A stretch of 63,826 nt of DNA, filler included, from Octopus bimaculoides (Eukaryota): the NCBI RefSeq assembly GCF_001194135.2. It is 6 parts of 6 records of this genome, joined end to end, with 100 filler letters (N's around TTAATTAATTAA, not from the genome) between each part and the next. Parts side by side here need not be neighbours in the genome. Positions count along the whole stretch, not along the records: positions 61,624 to 63,826 come from NC_068985.1; 5 more parts are not named here. One strand, 5' to 3'. Positions within the stretch are counted from its first letter, which is position 1; every line of letters starts with the position of its first letter. Shown here piece after piece: positions 63,764-63,826 of this stretch. The translations under genes were made by a program, and so were the position numbers. The notes beneath the pieces were generated by a model, which saw nothing but the letters and a program-made list of their open reading frames with translations, did not search any database and was not told the DNA's origin.

Positions 63764-63826
63764 TGCATGTATTTATATGTGCATCGATGTGCATGTGCAA
63801 GCAAATATGTGGGTATGTTTCTATAT

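Overview
Eukaryotic, AT-rich, microsatellite- and gap-rich animal DNA; the SINE repertoire and (CA)n/(AT)n density fit a coleoid cephalopod (Octopus-like), which is an inference. One host gene is supported: RBM42 (spliceosomal RRM protein) on + with coding exons 1841-1893, 5368-5591, 6755-(>7493, runs into a gap) and 11384-11578. Its final exon (KYVGSRPIKLRK...) is not visible and probably lies in an N gap. The rest is transposon-derived: four SINE families (working labels A-D), two full-length dead mariners, hAT/Tigger/mariner MITEs, RTE, CR1/L2-group, R4/Dong-type and Penelope-like (PLE) retroelement fragments, and a Helitron fragment. Most interesting: (1) many unrelated short repeats carry minimal type-I hammerhead-ribozyme folds with palindromic helix III, including a nearly intact one at 38556-38602 (-) and recurrent non-canonical cores; (2) TE-derived double-stranded structures hug RBM42 exons, including a 72-bp hairpin 14 nt after the exon-2 donor and an inverted SINE pair bracketing the 195-nt, stop-free RRM exon (circRNA/skipping architecture); (3) a 1.1-kb palindrome that has captured a copy of sequence from 4.4 kb away. 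No prokaryotic-type system, CRISPR array, rRNA or true tRNA gene is supported. All alignments and folds were done by eye and most TE boundaries are approximate.
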